Part shown: piece by piece, positions 47,260-60,020 of the stretch
Layout of the letters: the number at the start of each line of letters is the position of its first letter
Position numbering within the stretch: position 1 is the stretch's first letter
DNA from: Podospora anserina
Taxonomy: Eukaryota
Direction: 5' to 3'
DNA: 64,000 nucleotides
Assembly: GCA_017654855.1 (NCBI GenBank)
Contig: CM030338.1
Coordinates: 1,922,001 to 1,986,000, forward strand
Program-made: the position numbers and the translations under genes
Notes under the pieces: generated by a model
Databases searched by the model: none
What the model saw: only the letters and a program-made list of their open reading frames with translations
Told to the model about the DNA's origin: nothing

Positions 47260-49887
47260 TTAATGGTCCCGGGAATACCTTGCAGGGTATGTCGCGGTCC
47301 TCTTCGCCAACCCGGGCCTCAGGCCCTCATATCGAAAACCACCTACATCTACCCCAGAGTCTCTCCTGTCATGTCTCTGGACAAAATCGCCCCGGTCTCC
47401 CTCGCGATCTCTCGCGTACACTGGATCATCCTCCCGTCTAGGCAACCGGTCAGCTCCTAATCTCACCCGCACAGTCTCATATTGTCTATCTCTGTCATCG
47501 TGAACAGACGGACGTCTGAGCCTGTCCTCGGCCTTGGGAGCATAAGAGACCGGGGATGCACGGCGGTATACTCCGGAGCCACGCTGACGCTCCTCATACA
47601 TCTCCTCCTCGTCAAAGACGTCTGAATCATAGGCACCAGTGCCGTACTCGACGACATATTCAGTACCATCATCCCGGCGCCGGTCAGTGTCTCGATCGAC
47701 GAAGCTGCTCCGTCTTCGGTCCGCTGTCATGCCCGACTCATATCGGTCAAGAGGCGAGGTTGGAACAAAGCTTTCACGTCTTGCTTCCATTCCCTGGACC
47801 CGCCTTACTCCAGAATGGGGTGTTTGAAGGGGCAACGTGATTCGGCGAACAGGCTGTGTTGGAACCGGGGACTGATGTCGCAGAACTTGTGGCGGAGATT
47901 GAGGGCGACTCCTCTCTGGGAGGATGATTTGGGGCTTGGCTGCCGCAGTCAGACGCTCGGCTAGCTTGAATGCTTCTTCCTGAGCATCAGCTCTTCCTGC
48001 CTCATAGGCATTCTTCTCAATCTCGTGGACATCGACCCGCGGACGCTCTTTCATGGGAAAGAGCGGAGGCGGCGTTGGGGCATACATGCGCTCTGTCGCC
48101 ATGTGGTTGCTGACCGAATGTCGTCGCCCTTTAACGACGTGACGTTGCTGTGGTTGCTGCTGTGGTTGCTTCTGATGCTGCTGTTGCTGCTGCATCATTG
48201 GCTGCACCGGCATTTGTCGCGGGAACTTGGGTGGCATACCATGCGCTGCGTTCTCCGTGAAGCGGGGCTGGGGGGGAGGGTTGTTCACAACCACATTGTT
48301 CGGCTTTCTTGGTCCAGCGAACTGAAGGTTTTCGGGAAAAGATTCCTCGGACACAGCAGTGTCTGAATCGTAATCTTCCTCGTCCTCGCTGAAGACTTCA
48401 GCTACCAGAGACTCGTCTGTACTCGGACTGTCGGGAGGATATGCAAAATGGGGAGTTAAGGATGCACGGCGTTGTGGAAGACCCTGTTCAGTGGGGTGTT
48501 GCTTCAGGATACCGGGCTTGTGGGGGGGGTGTGTTACAGTAACGATAGGGCCACCATTCCCTCGGTATTCCGTCTGCCGCTGGCCCTGGGCCGTTTGAAC
48601 TTGGGGATGGCCTTGCTGTAAGGAGACAGGCCTTGGTTGGACTTGGCCTTGAACTGGAGGTCGGTAGTGTGCTTGCTGATCTCCTTGTGGCTTTCCTTGT
48701 TGATACCCTTGAGTATGTCCATGAGGATGCCCCTGAGGGTGGCCTTGCGGAAGGCCTTGCGGATACCCCTGCGGTGGCATTGGTGGTCGGCCTTGAACAC
48801 CCGGGCTCTCGCCTCGATTTATGATGTTTGCTCCCGCCTGGTGTGGCGCATTCCGTGGAGCTTGAAGCGGAGGCTGGGGTGTTTGGCCGAACTGCCGGTC
48901 ACCAGGCGGGACATGCTGATGTTGGTGCTGTGGTGGGCCGTGGTCCTGGCGATGCTGAGGGTGCGGAAGGGATGAAGAGTGTTGACCATGTTGCGGTTGT
49001 TGCTGGTGATGCTGGGGGAGACCTTGAGCAGGCACCTGGAATCGCACATGACCCTCCTCTCGCACCTCATTCTGGTAGGCATATCTTGGCCTTGTCGAAG
49101 GCTCTTCAGCTCTGCCATACATGAGCATATGCAGATCCACCCCAGGTTTGGGTGCGGTCTTGTAATAGGCCGTGACGCTGGTCCGTTCCTCCTTCCTCTC
49201 TCTCGAGCGAGAGACGGGCGCTCCTCTCGACTTTGACCTCTTGTCCGAGTGTCGGCCACGGTGATGGTGCTTTGAGCCCTTGGGATCTCGCTCATACCCC
49301 CTGCCGCGCTCTCTAGAGGTCTTCTCCTTCACCACAACCCAAACCCTATCTTCAATCTGGGCCACTTCGGTCTGGAAATAGTAACCGAATAACTGCTGAA
49401 CCTCCTTTTGCACCGTGTTTATCTGGTCGAGGACATCCGCGTCCAGGTCGTTCAACTTGTGAAGGACCGGAACGGTGGTCCTGTTGAGCTCCCGCACCTT
49501 CGAGACGACCTGATCACTGGATGTCTCAGGCACATCTATCCGCTTAACAATCTCCCATCCGAGTCTCTTGCCAACTGGAACCTTTTCAAAGCGAACAACA
49601 TACCAACGAGTGAGTTCGTCATACATCTCCTCGGCGGTGAATAGTGTCTCTTCTCGAAGATCTGAGCTAACAGCTGCAGGGGTGATGGATGGCATAGTGT
49701 GTCTAGCGATGATTGGATTCCCAATCTGTTGGGTCAGGATCGGTCCATCGTGATACCGGGTGGTGCTCGTCCGTGGGTGGATGGCATCGGTATTCTGAAC
49801 AGGACGCTGTGGGGGGAGAGGCCGTCCAGCAGGAGGTATCCCCACAGGCCTTCGAGGCTCTTCGTGGAGGGTAAAGAAGTCGCCCAT
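47260..49887 (-). CDS. Hypothetical 875-aa Q/P/R-rich protein, single exon
   Basis: Long uninterrupted ORF with a structured-looking N-terminal ~200 aa followed by low-complexity sequence. Confidence 0.8.
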   Translation of the reverse strand: MGDFFTLHEEPRRPVGIPPAGRPLPPQRPVQNTDAIHPRTSTTRYHDGPILTQQIGNPIIARHTMPSITPAAVSSDLREETLFTAEEMYDELTRWYVVRFEKVPVGKRLGWEIVKRIDVPETSSDQVVSKVRELNRTTVPVLHKLNDLDADVLDQINTVQKEVQQLFGYYFQTEVAQIEDRVWVVVKEKTSRERGRGYERDPKGSKHHHRGRHSDKRSKSRGAPVSRSRERKEERTSVTAYYKTAPKPGVDLHMLMYGRAEEPSTRPRYAYQNEVREEGHVRFQVPAQGLPQHHQQQPQHGQHSSSLPHPQHRQDHGPPQHQHQHVPPGDRQFGQTPQPPLQAPRNAPHQAGANIINRGESPGVQGRPPMPPQGYPQGLPQGHPQGHPHGHTQGYQQGKPQGDQQAHYRPPVQGQVQPRPVSLQQGHPQVQTAQGQRQTEYRGNGGPIVTVTHPPHKPGILKQHPTEQGLPQRRASLTPHFAYPPDSPSTDESLVAEVFSEDEEDYDSDTAVSEESFPENLQFAGPRKPNNVVVNNPPPQPRFTENAAHGMPPKFPRQMPVQPMMQQQQQHQKQPQQQPQQRHVVKGRRHSVSNHMATERMYAPTPPPLFPMKERPRVDVHEIEKNAYEAGRADAQEEAFKLAERLTAAAKPQIILPERSRPQSPPQVLRHQSPVPTQPVRRITLPLQTPHSGVRRVQGMEARRESFVPTSPLDRYESGMTADRRRSSFVDRDTDRRRDDGTEYVVEYGTGAYDSDVFDEEEMYEERQRGSGVYRRASPVSYAPKAEDRLRRPSVHDDRDRQYETVRVRLGADRLPRREDDPVYARDREGDRGDFVQRHDRRDSGVDVGGFRYEGLRPGLAKRTATYPARYSRDH

Positions 49888-52800
49888 ATTGAAAGATCTT
49901 CAGGGCGTGAGGGGCTGGGAAGGGAAGCTAAGCTCTTGGCTTTTCAGGATGTAGGTCTCGGACCAGCCAAGCACACCCAGGGGTAAACTCAAAAGGTTCA
50001 GAGGGAGAAGTAGTGTTTCAAAATTTTGAAAGGGCAAAGGGAATTCTGGTCTGCCTCTTTGGTTTGGGATGGGTGCTAGGAGCGGGCTGTGAGGACTTAT
50101 ACCCAGGTTTCTGGGATATGGCGATGGGGCTTGTAAGCTGACAAAAGATGCAGGCCAAATGCAATGCTAGGTGCGATTCTCTCCTAACGACACAAGTAAG
50201 GGGCGAAGTACTCAGAGTCTGGGGAAGTTGGCACATGAAGCGGCTCAGCATCAAGAACAAGCTGGGCACAGCTGCCGTGTCTTATACCTTTGCCCGGCAT
50301 CTATGTACTGCAACCCAGACACTACCACACAGTTACGCAACAAAAGATCCCAACACGGAAACAGGTGTCGGTCACCCAGGCTGTATACCGGGGACGATAA
50401 TGTCGTCGATCACTCTCCTACACAGACACTCTATCAAGCACGGCAAACTGCAGCAGCAAGGCGACCGTTTTGGCGCATGTCGGATGATGAACATTTTAGT
50501 TACTTCAATCTCAGGTTGGATGGCAAATGAACGAGAGAGCTACGGAGGAACAGGACAGGCAGATCATCTTCGGTACATGAGAGCTTGGTGTAAGTGACAG
50601 CTTTACCAAAAGTACCTACCTAACTTCAACCGCATGTATGGCAAGGTCTCCAGCCCTCGAGCCGCAGACACCATACTAACAGAAGTGCCCAGGAGAGAGA
50701 TAACAGAAGTGGCCAGGAGGAGATAAACGCTACGTCAATCTCTCGGCTCTACCTGCATCAAATCGACAACATCACCTTCAGACAGCTTTTGCCGGGCGAA
50801 CAATTGCGAACCACCCTACGACCGATTTATTGGAACGGATGCCTTACTCAGAGGCACTGCAAATTCGGGCACGAAACAGCAAGGCCAAGTCTTCTAGCCT
50901 GGCATGTTAAACAAGTCGTAGCCACAATATCGACGCTGCAGCCTTCTCACCTTCTATTCGCTCTCTCGGGGAATAGGCTGGCCACGGGCACAGCGCCTCT
51001 TGCCTTCCCCACATCTTTCAGATCTCTCCCTCTTCTTGCCCGAGCTTACGTCTTGCCGGTGTTGGATATGCCATCTCTGCTCTTTGAGAGGCCAGGATGA
51101 ATACTTGTATTGAGCTGACTTTTTAGAGATATTTGCAGGTGTATTTGCGGCTCCATATTTCACTTGACAAAAGCACCATATCTTCACCTACCTCATGAGC
51201 CCTGTGCGGGACCGAAAAAGACAGCATTCTGTACTCTATGCTACCCCTCACCTGCACACCTTTCCTAGCTTCTGGATCCTACACCGCGACCAACGCTACC
51301 ACCGGGTTATAAACCACCAACTTCCCTGCATAACGCCTGCAGCCTCCCGATTGCAGCTGACTTATTATCGAGCGTCTTGGACGCGCTTGAGCGTGCCTAT
51401 CGGCAGATCATTCCGACGGCACGCATAACACGCCCCCATATCCTATTGCCCAGCTCTCGAGGGAGCTTTGATCTACGACGCCCGAGAAGCCTTGGGGATG
51501 GGGCACATCATGCGGGCTTGCATTGAAATAGGTGGGGGTTAGATGGCCCGCCCCCTCACCTGGGTCGCCACCAGAAGGCGAGTAGCCCAACCTACGGTAG
51601 GTGGGGAAGGACAACGGCGGCACTGTCTCAAGTTGATAAGCATACTCGGAAGTAGGGGAATATCACTGGGTGGTGATCTGACTTGTTGGCCGTTGAGCAA
51701 GTATTGGACATGATACAGCATGAGTTGGGCAATATGGGGGGAATGCAGGCGACGACCAACACATCCGGGCTGTATATCGACATCTTTCAACTGTACATGC
51801 CGGTAGGTTTTGATCCCGGACTGCATACCTTGTTTGGGAATTCCCTTTTCTCGAACGATAAGCGAGGCTCGGCCAAAGTGCGAGTTCTTACGAGATTCGG
51901 GATGCGGCTCTCTTTTGAAACAGTGTTGTAGCCTGGATTTCAGGATCATGTATGTCAGATTGGGCAGCAGTCTCAACACCATTTATACCATCGTTATCGT
52001 CATCATGACTATGAAAACCAACTATTGTCCTGATAGGTACCTCAGCACTTATCAACAAGCGGTCAAATATATGCCAGAATCTTGATTGATACACATTTGT
52101 GATAGCCTGAACATAGATTGACTGAATCTACATAGGGACTTTTTGTGCACCCTTTACCCCCTCTCCGTTCCCCCATGTTTTTCGGATCGGATCGCTGCCC
52201 GACGTGACCTGTCTGTCTGTCGCTCTGGGAAAGAAAAAGTTAGACAAGGCTGGGTGTACAAGACAATTGTTCTTTCCTTTCCCTTCCTTCGTCTCTTCCG
52301 TCCTGGGGTTTACAAGGTCAAGGTTAGTAGTAGGTATCCGGGGAAAAGGGTCATTCGCGGCGGGGGGGAGGAAGATGATCCAGAGGTAAGCGAAAAGTGG
52401 CACTTTTGTCCGACGTTTAACAGAGACAACGATGCTGGCTAACATGGGGGGGAGGTAATATAGAATTCTGGAGGGATTTCTGGTCCCAGTGGACACGACA
52501 TATTTGGGGGTGGTGGGGATGTTTGTAGTCGGCGCGGGTTTTGATCATCATGGTGAATAACTCCCCCGTAGAGATGTCCTGTTCATTGTTCGGATACCTA
52601 GGTAATCACTTACCTATCAGACGTGGCCATCCCATTCCTCCTGTAATATACCTCCCCAACCACTGCCAACGTTGGATAATTATCTGGCACCTACCTACCT
52701 ACCTAACTTGCTAACTACAGTAGTTGATCGTCAGTGAATCACACAATAACCACATCTCCACCTCAACTCCCTCTTAAGAACTTGAGAAACAGTTCCCCAA

Positions 52801-53716
52801 ATAGCATTCCCCATCCCGCTTCTCACAACATATCATCTTCTCGTTGCTTTGAGCCAACTTTTGATCGTCTGCAAGTCTCAAAACACAATGATGATCCATA
52901 TAGGAAAAAATCAATAGATCAACACAATATCACGCAATCCTCCTCCTCCTCCAGCGCCATCCTTATCCCGCCCTTTTACAACAACACATCGAATTCTCGT
53001 TGACAGCATTGATCGCCTGCCAATCCCCAGCATATTTAACATCCGTACCTCTCTGTACCACAAGGTCAGCCCCAAACAGCCGATCACCTCCCCATCCTTG
53101 CCAAACCCAGCCTCGGCGAAAAAGCCATAAACAAACCACCACATATCTCTGCATCAAACCTCTCTACATGATGTTGCGATCGCTTCTTGATTGTCAAAGG
53201 TCAAGAAGCGACGTCCAAATAAGAGCCTCTAGCGGCGCGGTACAACCCTGTCACAGCTCAGACTTACACAAGTCAACAAGGCACAGACACAGCGTTGATC
53301 TATCACAGCAGCAGACGTGAGACAAAGGGTAGTAGCATAGCTCCAAGACCTTTTCAGCAATAGCGGAACTTTGGAACCACAGTCTGCACAACTGATATGA
53401 CAAACCTCAATGTTTACACAAGCCGGATCCGAGTTTGTCCTGGCACGACTCCGTGGCACAAGCACCGGGCCGGCCACCGCGAAGCCAGATGCCGGTATTC
53501 CCACGTGTTTGAGCACTCAAGCGTTTCGCACAGCATTAGCACTGGTTCAACTTCCCATAGTAACCCAACTTCAGTAAAGAAGCAAAATTAATGTAAACTC
53601 CTTTGATTTTCACGATGCTAACTCTCAACAACCAATCCGCCACCAGTAAACATTATGATCTACATGTACATTTCCTGAATGCATGTTTTCCACAATCAAC
53701 CACCATGATTCGTTGC

Positions 53717-54836
53717 TTACTGCTCGCCCTCATGTCCCTCCTCTGCATGCTCCTCCTCAGCGTGTTCTTCCACATGAGCCTCCTCTGATGGCTGCTCACC
53801 CTCCTGGGTCTGCTCACCCTGAGACGCTTCCTGAGGCTGCTGCACCTGAGATTCGCCAGTACCCTCTTGAACAGCTCCGTTGAAGCCATGCTCCTCACCA
53901 AAACTGTTGCTGGCACTCCCTTCGGCGCTAGCACCCAGAGTCTCCTCTGGGTTTGCCTGCTGACCCTCTTGATGACCCTCAGCAGAAGCATCCTCGTCCT
54001 CGGCATCATCATCTTCATCGTCATCAGCTTCATCGTCATCAGCCTCGTCGTCTTTTTCGTCCTGATCCTCTTCTGGGGCAATTGGAGACCACTCGTCAGG
54101 CAACTCGTCCCAGGGACTGGAGATGATCAAGGATGCTGGATCGACTCTGACAATGGTGACAGGCTCGCAGGTAGGGTTGCGTGGCTCGCCGCCAGAGACC
54201 CAGCCGACAGAGTTGAAGTAATAGGCGCTGTACAACACCCAGCAAGAATGCCAATTGCGGAGCTGTCGCATGATGCTGCCGTCTGTGGTCGTCGCGTTGG
54301 GATAGACATTGGGTCTGAACTTGGAATCGTCGTAGGGCGCCGCGATGAAAAGAGTGTTATTGTCCCATCCGACAGGCGTACCAGCTTGACTCGGCTGTAG
54401 AATATGGTTAGCGAATGGCAGAATGACGACAACAAAGAAGTAGACCTACTGTAAACATGGGTACAGCCACATTACTTCCGGGCTCAAACATGAGGCTCAT
54501 GGGCTCAGAAAGGCTCAGGGGGCCCTCGGCGCCAGGAACAGGCAGCGACCATGTGAGGAAGCCGGTCTTGGATGGTTGGCCGTTGACGATGGTGTAGTTG
54601 TAGTAAAAGCTCAGGGTGAAGTTGCTGACGTCGTTGGAGCCGATGCAAAGGCCCGTAATGGTAGCGCCGGCATGGCAGGTGGTGAGATATTTGCCCACAA
54701 GTGCGTCATCATCAGCCGTGACGACCTGAAGGAGAAAAGGGCCCGTCTGATTGTAGGTTGTGCCTTGGAACTGAGCGAGCACAGAACTGGAGGAGGAGAG
54801 AAGCGCAAGGCTGTTGAAGGCGAGTTTGGAAACCAT
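53717..54836 (-). CDS. Secreted protein (signal peptide, four-Cys beta-rich domain) with a long acidic C-terminal tail; exons 54836-54450 and 54394-53717
   Basis: Signal peptide MVSKLAFNSLALLSSSSSVLAQ and motifs CHAGA..GLC and NWHSCW..YY..VGW..PRNPTCEPV. Intron 54449-54395. Confidence 0.85.
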
Positions 54837-56165
54837 TGTGATGTAGATGTGAACAAACGAGAAAATTGATGATGCTGTGCTATCTCCTGAAACAAAGTCC
54901 AAAAATGGGGGAAGCTGGGCTGTAAAAGTTGACTGCGTTGGCGATGCTTGATGATGATTGAGAGAATAGAGGAAGAAAGAGAAGAATACAAGACTGCAAA
55001 CTCTGAGGAGACATTTTATAGACACTCCGTCGTTGCCGACCCAAACCGGGGTTGACGCAGTTTGGCGATGACAATGTCGTTGAGGGAAGGAGTGATGTTC
55101 ATGTCGTGGAAACAATAACATGAGGGAGTGTTGACGAAGGAAGGAGGTCACGTTCGAATGCTCCGATGGCAAGACAAGTCCGAGATATTCAAGCAACATA
55201 TGGAAGGAAGGCATCTACGCGCCTGCCCAGCAGCATCTGATATCGGCTGATCGCTCACAGTTCGGTCCCGCCATTGCTTCGGTTCAAATCGAGTCATCCC
55301 AGCGGCTCGCTTGCCTTCCAAGCACATCTGGAAGGCATGATGCATTTCAGCTGTGGTTGTCTGCGTGTTGGGTCTCTACTTTTTGGAAGAAACGAGGGAG
55401 AGATCGACTGAGAAACAACACAGCACCACAAATCATGATGTTTCAAGCAGGAGTGTCAGAAACGCAATATGAAGCTATTCCGAGCATGTGGGTCAGGGGC
55501 AAATCAACAAATGCTGGCTGTAACCAGGCAACAACTGGCTGTTAGATCACACATTTGCTCTCAGCAACCTCAATTGATGTCTTCCACCCGCAATCTGGAA
55601 CGATTGGTAAGCTGGGTGAGCATGGCAGCACTTGCATCCAAAATGAGAAGGCCTCGCAGCTGCCGGCGCCGTTGTGGTGTTGCTGTGGCTGTTGTGACTG
55701 CTGTGTCACAAGCAAAGCCAAGGAAAACCCAGCACAAGACAGAAGCTCGAAGCACATGATTTGTGGGCCACAGCATGCGCGGTCTTAGCGCCATCCCCAC
55801 AATCTTTTGTTCAGCCAACCACAGCGAAAAACGGCTGCAATTGAGAAACTGGGTCTTCTGCAAACACTGTCCAGACGTCATCACCAATCCCGTCTGCAAC
55901 AGTAGAGAGTTGGAGACACCGCACCATTCAGATCATTTTTTACCACGACGATCAGCGATAAGCTCTCCCCCAGTCCGCTAAGGAACCAGCTTCGATTGGC
56001 ACGACAAAAAGGAAAGTCAGAGGGAGGAATAAGCAACAAACGATACCCTCTCCCGTCAATCACCACAATCCATAGCTGTTTTCGGATTGGACGCTTGATT
56101 GGAAAACACGGCCGAGACCTCGTGTCTCATCACAGCGCCCACCACTCAGGTGAAAAGACAACAAA

Positions 56166-57970
56166 ATGGCGGACACGACGGCGCCCATCGAGACAACGCC
56201 TCTCTTATCAAACAGTTCATCCACCTCCTCTGTCGAGCCCCCATCATCCCCCGAGTCTGCCACCCGCCCTCCAAAACCACAGCGCAATGTCACCTTCAAT
56301 CCAAACCCTGTCTCCAAGACGATCGAGCCCGAGCAGCAATACCGCACCCGGATAAGAACAGCAGGCCATCACCAACACCACCAACATCAACCGCCCTTAT
56401 CGCCCTCCAGCCCCTCGGCCATCAGCACCGGCGGGCTCGGCGGTGGCCCGCCTATGTTGTCCGCCCTAAACAATAAACTCCGCCGGCGCAATAGTCATGG
56501 GGGCGGAGGACCCAGCGGTGTACTTCCCGTGGCGGGCGCACCAGGACATCACCTACCCAAGATTGGCCCTCAACGTACCACGAAGAACGCTCAGAAGCTC
56601 AAGTTGCTGCCGACCCCGGAGTTGGAAGAAGATGGAGCGGATGAGGAAAGTGGCAGGGAGGTGTACTCGCAGTACACTCGCATCAAAGACCCAACTGCCC
56701 GCAGAGATGCCGCCCGTCTCGGCAAGGCCGACCGCCAGACACTGCCCAGGGTCACAGCCTACTGCACGGCGAACAGATACCAGATGGATGGGCTTATGAG
56801 GTTCCTCAAAGGGAAGGGCAAAGGGCGCGGCGCAAACCCGAAGCTGATCGACGAGTGCATCTACTCGCCATACAGCTATAGCTCCAAACAAGTCGAGCTC
56901 TCCCGGCAGGAACAAATAATCCAAGTCCACTCCACCCCTGAACGACGACACTCCACTGGCGAAGTTCCCGGAGCAGACGGCGAGGGCTTCCATCAGCAAA
57001 ATCTGATAGACCTCAGAAACGAGGCCGCAGAAGTGTATGCTTCCGAACAATACGGTAACGGTCCCCACCAAAGCGTCGACGACCTACAGCAACTGGGTGA
57101 AAGCGTGGTGGCAACAGAAGGTGGTGACCGTCTCCAACCAGTCGACTTTGACATCACCGTCCACACCCCAGAGGTCTTCTTCTTCAACTATGGTGTGGTG
57201 GTAATATGGGGCATGTCAGCAAGTCAGGAGCAGAGGTTCCTAAAGGAGATCACCAAATTCGAGCTAGAGAAGCTTGGCCCGGACGACGTGGAAACAGAAA
57301 AGTTTAACTTTTACTACACGCACGAGTATCAGCCGCGGATATACAACGATTTTATCACGCTGAGAGACAAGAGCAATTACATGACAAAGCTGGCCATCTC
57401 GCATGCCCTAGCCCAAAGTGTCAAGGTATTTACCTCCTCCCCTTTCCCCCTTCCACCCACTAACCGAAAGAAATAGACCTCCCTCTTTGAAGAACTCATC
57501 GCCTCCACAATCGAAGACTGCAAAGACATACCCTCCCAGCTCGCCCTTACTGGCAAGATTGACCTTTCTCGTAGACAGATCAACATGCAGATTGGCGAGT
57601 TGTTTATTTTGCGGATTGGTGTGCACCTGAATGGGTCGGTGCTGGACACCCCGGAGCTGTTCTGGGTCGAGCCGCAGCTGGAGCCGGTGTATCAGGCGGT
57701 GAGGAGTTATCTAGAGATGGACCAGAGGGTGGGGTTGCTGACGGAGAGGTTGGATGTGATTGCGGATTTGCTGGCGGTGCTGAAGGATCAGTTGAGTCAT
57801 GGGCACGGGGAGAAGCTGGAGTGGATTGGTGAGTTTTCATTCCCTGATATGAAGAACGAGACTGGATATTTTTGCTGACTGACTGGAAAATAGTTATTGT
57901 GTTGATCGCGGCGGAGATTGTGGTGGCGTTGGTGAATATCATTGTGGATTTGTATGTGGGTATTGATTAA
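56166..57970 (+). CDS. RMD1: Rmd1/Sif2 (DUF155) family protein; exons 56166-57425, 57477-57828, 57894-57970
   Basis: Motifs LPRVTAYCTA, EVFFFNYGVVVIWG, PRIYNDFITL, KLAISHALAQSVK, GSVLDTPELFW and LEWIVIVLIAAEI with a C-terminal TM segment. Confidence 0.92.
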
Positions 57971-58832
57971 TAGAATTCCACAGAGGGGCAATATATATAG
58001 GTAGAGAAGCGTGGGTGTGAAAGAGGAGTAGGGCGGGGGAGGGAGGATAATGAGCGGAAAGGGGGGGGGTTCGCGTGGCTGTATTTTCTACATATATACA
58101 CTCTTGTATGCAGTTGTAGGAGTTTTTGGTGTGTGTTTGTGTTCGCGGGACATGCATACTAAGGCATAGGCTTGGAGTTTTTCTTTTTCTATGTCTCTCT
58201 TCCCAATTCAAGACGAGTCTTTTACGTTGCAGGTGTAACTCTTTTCACTACCTTCACAACAAACACAGCACCACCAGAGAAGTAAAGGCTGTTGAGCAAG
58301 GTGGTTAAAATGAACGTTCCCATAGAGTCTATCAAGCTTTTTCAATGGCTGTTCTCAAACATGACTTACAAACGGTTGGACATTGTTCAAGGAATATCTA
58401 GTAGCTACAGTAACACAAAGAAGAAGCAAAACCATAATCGAAGAAAAAACCTAGTCGCCAAATAATGTACGCCTCAACACCACCCTTTTTTCTCCGTGGT
58501 CAGTCAACACGAACCTGCTCCCCGACCATTCCTGTTTATTTCCCTTGTCGCTCCCAGACCCATAGAAAGCGAGAAAAAAAACACGAGGTTAGAACGACGA
58601 AGGCACCAAGCAACTGCCTCACCCATTGGGCGGGTAAAACACACGTCTGTACTTAAAGTGGAAGGGTGAACCATCCTTCCTCCACCTACTCGTCCTCCTC
58701 TTCCTCCTCTTCCACCACCACCGGGTTAGCCTGCGTCTCTTGTTCCATATGTTGCTCCTCCCCCCCGCTGCGCAAAACGAGTATACTGCTTTTTCTCAGT
58801 GGTTCTTCCTCAGCCTTCGCAGCAGGGACACT

Positions 58833-60020
58833 CTAATCATCCTCCGGATTAGGCTGCGTCTCCTGATCAGTATCGTACTCCCCCATCTCCACATCCCCTT
58901 GGTCATCCTTTTGCTCCTCCTCCGTAGCATTTTCCGTACCATTCTCTTTCCCCTTCTCCTCCGCCTCCTCGCTCTCCTTCTGCCTCTTCGCCTCAGCAGC
59001 AGCAGCAGCATCATCATACTCCCCCCTCTCCTTCTCATACTGAGCCATATTCTCCCCCGCCCTCGTCTCAAACTCCCCACGTTGCGTCTCGCTCAGATCT
59101 TTCCACCCCCGAGCAAGCTCGTCATCGTCCACCTCCCGCCTTGACTCCTCCTGTTCGGCCTTATCGTCAGTAGCAACATCAGCAGAAGCAGCCGTGTTCC
59201 TCTCATTGCAATAAAGCTCAAACGCATTCCCCGGCTTCTTAGGCGGCTCCTGATGATGCACCCCGTTCGACCCCCCCCTATTCGCCAATGAAAAAGCATC
59301 ACTCCCACTCGGCGAGTGACTCGCACCCTCAGGATTCTGGCTAATAAACTGGCTCGCCGTCAAAGACGACGGCCCAACCCCATTCCCACCAGCCTGACTA
59401 CCCCCCGCCTGGCTCCCACTCCCATCAACAGGCAAAATGCTCGCCTTTCTATGGCCTCGCTTCAGTCTCAGCGGCTTCTCCTTGGGCTGTTTATCCAAAC
59501 GCGAAGGAGTCAGTCGATCATCTCTCTCATTTTGTGACGGGTTGTTGGAAAGAGCGGCGGCGTTCAACAGTAGTCTTCTTGGCGATAAAGATGATGGTGA
59601 TGAACTTACAGTCGGTGGTGGGCTCGGGCTGCCGTCAGAGTCCTCCACGTTTGTGCTCGTCCGCTTGGCGAGTTGCTCGAACAGAAAGACGCGCTCGAGG
59701 CGGAGCTTCTCGATCTGGCGCTTCAGGCGGTTGATGCGGACTCTAGAGGCGTCGTTGGCCTTTTCGACTTCGTTGGTGCGCTGGCGGAGCTTGTTGCATT
59801 TTCTGCGGTAGGCCTCCTCTACCGTTGGGGGGAGGGCTGGGGGGATTGCGCTTGCTGGGGAGAGGGCGAAGGTTTGGTCAGTGAGGTCGTCCATTTTTTG
59901 AGCGGGGGAATCAATGGATGGTGATGATGGTGATGATGATGAGGAGAAGATGGTTTTTTTGGGGAAAAAAGGTTACGGGGTGGTTAGATTGGGAGTTTGA
60001 CGTAACGTACCTGGCGCCAT
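58833..60020 (-). CDS. NHP10: HMG-box protein, INO80 subunit Nhp10-like; exons 60020-60011, 59854(or 59836)-59610, 59486-58833
   Basis: Coiled coil VEEAYRRKCNKLRQR..LRLERVFLFEQL, linker PPPT|PKEKPLR, HMG box PPKKPGNAFELYC..LARGWKDLSE, acidic tail. Introns start GTACGT (60010) and GTAAGT (59609). Confidence 0.8.

Noticed and set aside
51408-52094. Cluster of overlapping minus-strand ORFs, one frame with a C-x4-C..YC-x2-H pattern
   Set aside because: No consistent splice model or start codon. It may be a degenerate gene but cannot be supported.
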